Part shown: positions 26,596-32,000 of the stretch, in pieces
How the letters are laid out: every line of letters begins with the position of its first letter
Numbering within the stretch: position 1 is the first letter of the stretch
Origin: Gemmata obscuriglobus
Lineage (GTDB): Bacteria; Planctomycetota; Planctomycetia; Gemmatales; Gemmataceae
NCBI RefSeq assembly: GCF_008065095.1
Contig: NZ_CP042911.1
Location: 1,170,001-1,202,000 of the forward strand
Reading direction: 5' to 3'
Length of the DNA: 32,000 nt
The notes under the pieces: model-generated
Seen by the model: only the letters and a program-made list of their open reading frames with translations
Databases searched by the model: none
Told to the model about the DNA's origin: nothing
Translations under genes and position numbers: made by a program

Positions 26596-28728
26596 ATGCG
26601 GCATCTGACTCTGCTGTGTGGGCTGGTGGCGCTGCTCGGCGGCGGGTCGCGGGTCCTCGCGGACGCGAAGAACCCGACCTTCGACGACGACGTGCTGCCC
26701 ATCGTCAAGCAGCACTGCGTCAACTGCCACAGCAACGACAAGCAGAAGGGCGACCTCAACCTCGCCACCTACGCCGCGCTCCAGAAGGGCGGCTCCTCGG
26801 GCGCCGCGGTGAAGGCCGGCGATCCCGGGAAGTCGCGCATCTACACGCTCTCGGCGCACATCGAGGAGCCGAAGATGCCGCCGAACGGGAACAAGATGCC
26901 CGACGCCCAGCTCGCCACCCTCAAGCTGTGGGTCGAGCAGGGGGCGCGCGAGAACTCCGGCAGCAAGGTCGCGGCCGCGCCGAAGGCCAGCACCGAGATC
27001 GGCCTGAAGTCGCTCGTCAAGGGCCGCCCCGAAGGGCCGCCGCCGATGCCCGCGCTCGGCAAGCTGAAGCTCGAACCGGTGCTGACCGCGCGCCGCCCGG
27101 GCTCGATCCTGGCGCTGGCCGCCAGCCCGTGGGCGCCGGTCGTCGCCATCGGCGGGCAGAAGCAGGTGATCCTCTACAACACCGACACCGGCGCGCTGGT
27201 CGGGTTCATCCCGTTCGAGCACGGGCAGATCAACAGCATCAAGTTCTCGCGCAACGCGCAGCTCCTCCTCGTGGCCGGCGGCAAGGGCGGGCAGTCCGGC
27301 AAGGCCGTACTGTATAAGGTGGAGACCGGCGAGAAGGTGATCGAGGTCGGCATCGAGTCCGACGCGATCCTCTCGGCCGACATCTCGGCCGACCAGACGC
27401 AGATCGCGGTCGGCAGCCCGTCGAAGCTGGTGCGCGTTTACTCCACCGCCGACGGCAAGGTGGTCCGCGAGATCAAGAAGCACACCGACTGGGTGACGGC
27501 GGTCGAGTACAGCCCGGACGGGGTGCTGCTGGCGACCGGCGACCGCAACGGCGGGGCGTTCGTGTGGGAGGCGTTCACCGGGCGCGAGTACTTCGCGCTC
27601 CGCGGCCACACGGCGGCGGTCACCGACATCGCGTGGCGGGACGACTCCAACGTGCTCGCGACCGGCAGCGAGGACACCACGATCAAGCTCTGGGAGATGG
27701 AGAACGGCGGGAACATCAAGAGCTGGGGGGCGCACGGGGGCGGGACCGCGAGCGTGCGGTTCACCCACGACGGCAAGCTCGCCAGCACCGGCCGCGACAA
27801 GGTCACGAAGCTGTGGGACCAGAACGGCACCGCGCTGAAGTCGTTCGAGGCGTTCCCGGACCTGGGGCTCAAGGTGGCGGTGACGCACGACAACGCGCGG
27901 GTCATCGCCGGCGACTGGGGCGGGGTGGTGAAGGCGTGGAGCGCCGCCGACGCCAAGGCGGTCGCCGTGCTGGACGCGAACCCGCTCCCGGCCGCCGAGC
28001 GGCTGAAGAAGGCCGAGGCGACCCTCACCGCCGCCGCGACCAAGCTCCAGGTGGTGCAGGCGGCGTTCGACGCCGCGGCGCTCAAGGCGAAGCAGGCGAC
28101 GGACGCGCACACCGCCGCGGTCGCGAACGCCAACAAGATCAATGCGGACCTCGCGGCGGCCCAGAAGGCCGTGACCGATTTCACCGCGGCGGCGAACGCG
28201 GCGAAGCCCCTCGCGGACGCCGCGAAAGCGGAGGTCGATAAGGCCGCGCCGGCCGTGGCCCCGGCGGCGAACAAGGTGGCGGCCCTGGAAGCGACGGTGA
28301 CGGCCGAGACCGCCGCCGCGAAGGCGCTCGCCGACGCCGCCGCGAAAGCGCCCGGCAACCCGGACCTCGCGGCGCAGTCGAAGAAGAAGGCCGACGCGGT
28401 CGCGGCCCTCAACGCCGAACTGGCCGCCGCGAAGAAGGCCCACACCGACGCCGCCGCGGCGCTGAAGACCGCTCAGGAGAAGTTCGCGGCGCAGTCGAAG
28501 GCCCACGCCGACGCGACGGCCCAGATCGCCGCGCACCAGCAAAAGGTGGCGGCCCTGGCGCCGACGGTGAAACCGGCCGCGGACGCGGTGCCGCCCGCGA
28601 AGGCCGCGATGGACGCCGCGAACGCCGCGGTCGCCCCCGCGAAGGCGGCGCTCGACGCGGTCAACGCCGAAGTGACCGGGGCGAAGGCCACGATCGAGCA
28701 GCTCAAGGGCGCGGCGCCGAAGAAGTAG
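26596..28728 (+). CDS. PSCyt1 (planctomycete cytochrome c) domain / WD40 repeat protein with ~260-aa Ala-rich coiled-coil tail
   Basis: Signal peptide MRHLTLLCGLVALLGG. FDDDVLPIVKQHCVNCHSNDKQKGDLNL (CxxCH). WD40-like repeats (HTDWVTAVEYSPDG, GHTAAVTDIAWRDD..TIKLWE, KVTKLWD). The tail is rich in A/K/T heptad-like repeats. GAGG lies 11 nt before ATG 26596; the ORF-track GTG is at 26581. Confidence 0.88.
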   Translation: MRHLTLLCGLVALLGGGSRVLADAKNPTFDDDVLPIVKQHCVNCHSNDKQKGDLNLATYAALQKGGSSGAAVKAGDPGKSRIYTLSAHIEEPKMPPNGNKMPDAQLATLKLWVEQGARENSGSKVAAAPKASTEIGLKSLVKGRPEGPPPMPALGKLKLEPVLTARRPGSILALAASPWAPVVAIGGQKQVILYNTDTGALVGFIPFEHGQINSIKFSRNAQLLLVAGGKGGQSGKAVLYKVETGEKVIEVGIESDAILSADISADQTQIAVGSPSKLVRVYSTADGKVVREIKKHTDWVTAVEYSPDGVLLATGDRNGGAFVWEAFTGREYFALRGHTAAVTDIAWRDDSNVLATGSEDTTIKLWEMENGGNIKSWGAHGGGTASVRFTHDGKLASTGRDKVTKLWDQNGTALKSFEAFPDLGLKVAVTHDNARVIAGDWGGVVKAWSAADAKAVAVLDANPLPAAERLKKAEATLTAAATKLQVVQAAFDAAALKAKQATDAHTAAVANANKINADLAAAQKAVTDFTAAANAAKPLADAAKAEVDKAAPAVAPAANKVAALEATVTAETAAAKALADAAAKAPGNPDLAAQSKKKADAVAALNAELAAAKKAHTDAAAALKTAQEKFAAQSKAHADATAQIAAHQQKVAALAPTVKPAADAVPPAKAAMDAANAAVAPAKAALDAVNAEVTGAKATIEQLKGAAPKK

Positions 28729-28746
28729 CGCAACAGCCGCGAAGAT

Positions 28747-28794
28747 GAACCGAAGCGAGGCGGAGCCGCCGTCGGCCCCGCCTCGCTTCGGTTC
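28747..28794. terminator. bidirectional terminator-like hairpin between convergent genes
   Basis: Perfect 17-bp stem gaaccgaagcgaggcgg (28747-28763) / ccgcctcgcttcggttc (28778-28794) with a 14-nt loop. T-containing tails on both strands but no clean U-run. Confidence 0.55.
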
Positions 28795-28828
28795 GTCTCT
28801 AATTCTCGGGCTCGTTCTCGCGCCGGGG

Positions 28829-31800
28829 CTACTTCCCGTACACCTTCTTCCACTGCTCCTTTTCCTTCTCGCGGTCGAGGAACGGCACCCCCTTTTCCAT
28901 CCACTGCGGGGCCGCCTGCGCCTTCAGGTGGTGCTCGAAGAACTGGAACATCCGCATCGCGAAGTCGCGGGCCGCCGGCTTCTTCGCCAGGTTGTGCGGC
29001 TCCCCGTTGTAGTTCAGCAGGTACACCTCTTTCCCGAGTCGCCGCAGCGCCAGGTAGTACTCGATCCCCTGGTACCACGGCACCGCGTCGTCCTGGTCGT
29101 TGTGGATCATCAGCAGCGGCGTCTCGACGCGGTCCGCCATGAACACCGGCGAGTTCTCGATGTACTTCATCGGCGCCTCCCACAGGGTCGCGCCGATGCG
29201 GCTCTGGGTCTTCTCGTACTGGAACTGCCGCGGCAGCCCGGTGCCCCACCGGATGCCGTCGTACGCGCTCACCATGTTGGCGACCGGCGCGCCCGCCACC
29301 GCCGCCTTGAAGCGGTTCGTCTGGGTCACCATGTACGCGATCTGGTACCCGCCCCACGACTGGCCGTTGATGCCGATCGCCTTCTCGTTCACGTACCCCT
29401 TGTCCGCGACCGCCTGGATCGCGGGCAGCACGCACTTGATCGCGCTCTGCCCCGGCGCGCCGATCTTGTACGCGATGTCGGGCATGAGCACGAGGTAGCC
29501 GTTGCTGGCGTAGAACGTCGGGTTGATGACCTGCCCGCGCACCACGTTGGGCGCCCGGAACGTGTGCAGGTTCTCCGAAAGGCGCTCGTAGATGTACACC
29601 ACCATCGGGTACTTCTTGGACGGGTCGAAGTTCTCCGGCTTCACCAGGATGCCCTGGAGCGGCGCGCCGTCGGTGCTCGTGTACTTGATCTGTTCGGCGC
29701 GGCCCCAGTTGTACTCCTTCACGTGCGGGTTGATGTCGGTGACCCGCTTCAGCTCGTTGAAGTCCGGCGCGGTGACGTAGTAGTCCGGGTACTGCGAGAA
29801 CGTCTGCACCGTGAGCAGGTACACGTCGGCGTTTTTGGCCTTCGCGGGGAATCCGTAGTTGCGGGCACCCATCAGCAGCATCTGCGGCGCGGCCCCGGGC
29901 TCGAGCCGGTAGAACCCCGTGTCGCGGGTCGTGAGGTTCTCGGCGAAGAGCAGGTGCGGCTTGCTCAGGTCGACGGTCCGCTCGATGGGGGTGCGGTCGT
30001 CGGGGCTGCGCGGGCTCAGGAACGTGAACCGCACCCCGAGTGTCCGACCGACTTGGGTCAGGTTTTCCGCGCTGGAGCCGTCGGCCGCGAACTTCCAGGT
30101 GTCGTACAGGTCGGTCAGCAGCACGAACTTGCCGTCCGGGGTCCACTGCGCGCCGCCGTAAGGGGACGGCGTGCCCGGCGTGTCGTGCTCCTCATTGAAG
30201 AACTTCACCTTCAGCTTCGCGGTGAGGTTCACCTTCTTCCCGTCGGGTACGGACACGGTGCTCCAGTCCTTACCGTCGAACGAGATCAGGTGCTTGCCGT
30301 CCGGGGCGAGCGAGAAGTTCGCGGTGCTCGCGAGCGCGAGGGGCCGGGTCTCACCGCTGCGGACGTTGACCAGCGTGTAATCGCTCGGGACCGGCGAGGC
30401 GTACCCGGTCATGTGCCGGTACTTGCGGTCGTCGCTGCCGACGGCCCAGTCGCCCACCGCGGGCATGGGCACGGTGACGTTCTCGTCCGACAGGTGGCGG
30501 AACTGCTTCGAGTCGAGCAGCACGACCGCGCCGAAGGTGCGCGCGCGGTCGGCCCCCGCCCGGAGCTTCTGCATCGGCTGGATGTTCGCGTCCTTCCAGT
30601 GCCAGATGTCGAGCTGGATGTCGTCCGGACCCGCGGGCGCGGCCGGCTGCGGCGGGCGCGGCGGGGCGGCCGAGAGGTACAGCTTCGTCCCGTCGGTCGA
30701 GAAGGTGAGCGGCCCGCCGGACAGCGTCCAGCCCTTGCGGATGCCGGTGTTATCGGAGTTGAGGACCTCGTTCAGCGCGACCGGCGCCACCGGGTTGCTG
30801 GTCACGCCGACGGTCGTGACGGCCCCGAGCCCGCCGACGGTCCCGAGCGGGACGCGGGTGAGCGGCTGCGGTTCGGTCTTGGCGTGGCGGTCCCACACGA
30901 ACACGCGGTAGTGCGGCGGCGGGGGCGGGCTGGCGGCGGCGGGCGCCCCGGCCGGGCCGCCCTTCGGGCGCGGCGGCGGGGCCAGGTTCGGGGGCGCCAC
31001 CTGGCTGTCGTCGTACAGGAACGCCAGCTTCGTCTGCTTCTCGTCCCAGGTCAGGTTCGTGTACCGCCCCGGGCCGGACTTGAGCGGCGTGCCGCCGGTG
31101 CCGAACTTCGGGTTCAGCGTGTACACGCCGTTCTTCTCCTCGGCCTTCGAGGAAACGGTGTACACCAGGGTGAGGTCGTCGTTCGAGAGGCTGTACTCGG
31201 TCACGTCCGCGATGGTGCGGGTGGCCCCGCTGGACAGGTCGCGGATGAAGAGGTCGGAGCCGAACGTTTTGGTCGGACCCGCGGGCGGGCCTTCGCCCTT
31301 CGGCGGGAACGCCCCCCGCCCCTTGCCCTTGGCGGGCGGCGGCGCCGCGGCGGGCTGCTTGGCGTCGTCCTTATCCTTCGCGCCCTCGGCCGCCGTCGGC
31401 TTGCGGTAAATCAGGAACCCGAAGTCGGTGCCGCCGACCTGAAACGCGCCGACGCCGGAGATGCGCTCCTGTTCCTTACCGGTGGCGAGGGTCACGATCG
31501 CGAGCCCCGCCTTCGGGTACTCGTCGAGCTTCAGCTTATCGGCTTTCGCCTTATCGACTTGCGCCTTCGTCGGGGTGAGCGGCAGCAGCACCTGTTTGCC
31601 GTTGGGGGTGAACCGCGGGGCGGTCCCGAGGGCCGCGACCCCGCTCGCGCCGCCGCGCGGGAACCGGTGCTCCGCTCCGGTCGCGACTTCGCGCACGACC
31701 GCTTCGCCGTCCGCGCCGTCTGAGCCGACGAGGTACGCGAGGTACTTCCCGTCGGGAGACAGCGAAACGCCGCTCGCGCTCCGCCAGATGTCGTATTCGG

Positions 31801-31918
31801 CGTAGGTCAGCACCTTTTTGGCGGTCGGCTGGGCGGACAGTTGCCCGGCGGCGGCGAGCAACAGCCCGACCAACACAGCCGCAGCCAGGCCGCGTGAGGA
31901 CGCAAATGGGACGCGCAT
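28829..31918 (-). CDS. S9 family serine peptidase (prolyl oligopeptidase / dipeptidyl-peptidase type) with N-terminal beta-propeller region
   Basis: Start set at ATG 31918 (MRVPFASSRGLAAAVLVGLLLAAAGQLSAQ signal peptide; GAGG upstream). Nucleophile elbow GINGQSWGGYQ, later NDQDDAVP (Asp) and GEPHNL (His) in the canonical S-D-H order. Confidence 0.88.
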   Translation of the reverse strand: MRVPFASSRGLAAAVLVGLLLAAAGQLSAQPTAKKVLTYAEYDIWRSASGVSLSPDGKYLAYLVGSDGADGEAVVREVATGAEHRFPRGGASGVAALGTAPRFTPNGKQVLLPLTPTKAQVDKAKADKLKLDEYPKAGLAIVTLATGKEQERISGVGAFQVGGTDFGFLIYRKPTAAEGAKDKDDAKQPAAAPPPAKGKGRGAFPPKGEGPPAGPTKTFGSDLFIRDLSSGATRTIADVTEYSLSNDDLTLVYTVSSKAEEKNGVYTLNPKFGTGGTPLKSGPGRYTNLTWDEKQTKLAFLYDDSQVAPPNLAPPPRPKGGPAGAPAAASPPPPPHYRVFVWDRHAKTEPQPLTRVPLGTVGGLGAVTTVGVTSNPVAPVALNEVLNSDNTGIRKGWTLSGGPLTFSTDGTKLYLSAAPPRPPQPAAPAGPDDIQLDIWHWKDANIQPMQKLRAGADRARTFGAVVLLDSKQFRHLSDENVTVPMPAVGDWAVGSDDRKYRHMTGYASPVPSDYTLVNVRSGETRPLALASTANFSLAPDGKHLISFDGKDWSTVSVPDGKKVNLTAKLKVKFFNEEHDTPGTPSPYGGAQWTPDGKFVLLTDLYDTWKFAADGSSAENLTQVGRTLGVRFTFLSPRSPDDRTPIERTVDLSKPHLLFAENLTTRDTGFYRLEPGAAPQMLLMGARNYGFPAKAKNADVYLLTVQTFSQYPDYYVTAPDFNELKRVTDINPHVKEYNWGRAEQIKYTSTDGAPLQGILVKPENFDPSKKYPMVVYIYERLSENLHTFRAPNVVRGQVINPTFYASNGYLVLMPDIAYKIGAPGQSAIKCVLPAIQAVADKGYVNEKAIGINGQSWGGYQIAYMVTQTNRFKAAVAGAPVANMVSAYDGIRWGTGLPRQFQYEKTQSRIGATLWEAPMKYIENSPVFMADRVETPLLMIHNDQDDAVPWYQGIEYYLALRRLGKEVYLLNYNGEPHNLAKKPAARDFAMRMFQFFEHHLKAQAAPQWMEKGVPFLDREKEKEQWKKVYGK

Positions 31919-32000
31919 CGGAATAAACACCTCGGGCAGTGTGTCAATAGGGGTGAAATCAGGTGTAACCGGGAGAGGCACGCCAACGCCAGCAGTTTTT

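Overview
High-GC window (about 65-70% by eye). Its gene families are DUF1559 prepilin-like H-X9-DG protein, DUF1501, DUF1549/DUF1553 'PSD1' and a PSCyt1 cytochrome-WD40 protein. These point to a Planctomycetota (Gemmata-like) chromosome; this is inference, no search was run. Left to right: (i) a low-GC (~45-52%) island with two small membrane-protein ORFs; (ii) a DUF1559 gene; (iii) a stand-alone EF-G gene; (iv) a chemosensory array, cheW / antisense outer-membrane beta-barrel gene / three MCP genes / cheW / MCP, followed by a small sigma-70-region-2-like ORF; (v) a co-directional block of DUF1501, a secreted double-PPC-domain protein, an antitoxin plus ParE/RelE toxin pair, DUF1549/DUF1553 and PSCyt1-WD40-coiled-coil genes; (vi) a convergent S9 serine peptidase. 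No rRNA, tRNA, CRISPR array, transposase or integrase could be supported. The unexplained signal is mostly non-coding or architectural. A ~480-bp non-coding repeat occurs in three copies: two full copies in inverted orientation bracket the 15.3-kb EF-G/che segment, and a truncated copy carries a C17 tract. Three very long intergenic hairpins have arms built from short tandem units, and one has perfect 43-bp arms that enclose the start codon and encode the signal peptide of the PPC protein. The four MCP genes share a mosaic, nearly identical 3' kilobase (gene-conversion pattern). They also share an E/R/A-rich 11-residue-repeat helix between two HAMP-like segments and a C-terminal GFSDF tether-like pentapeptide. 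All identities are by-eye estimates and nothing was computed.
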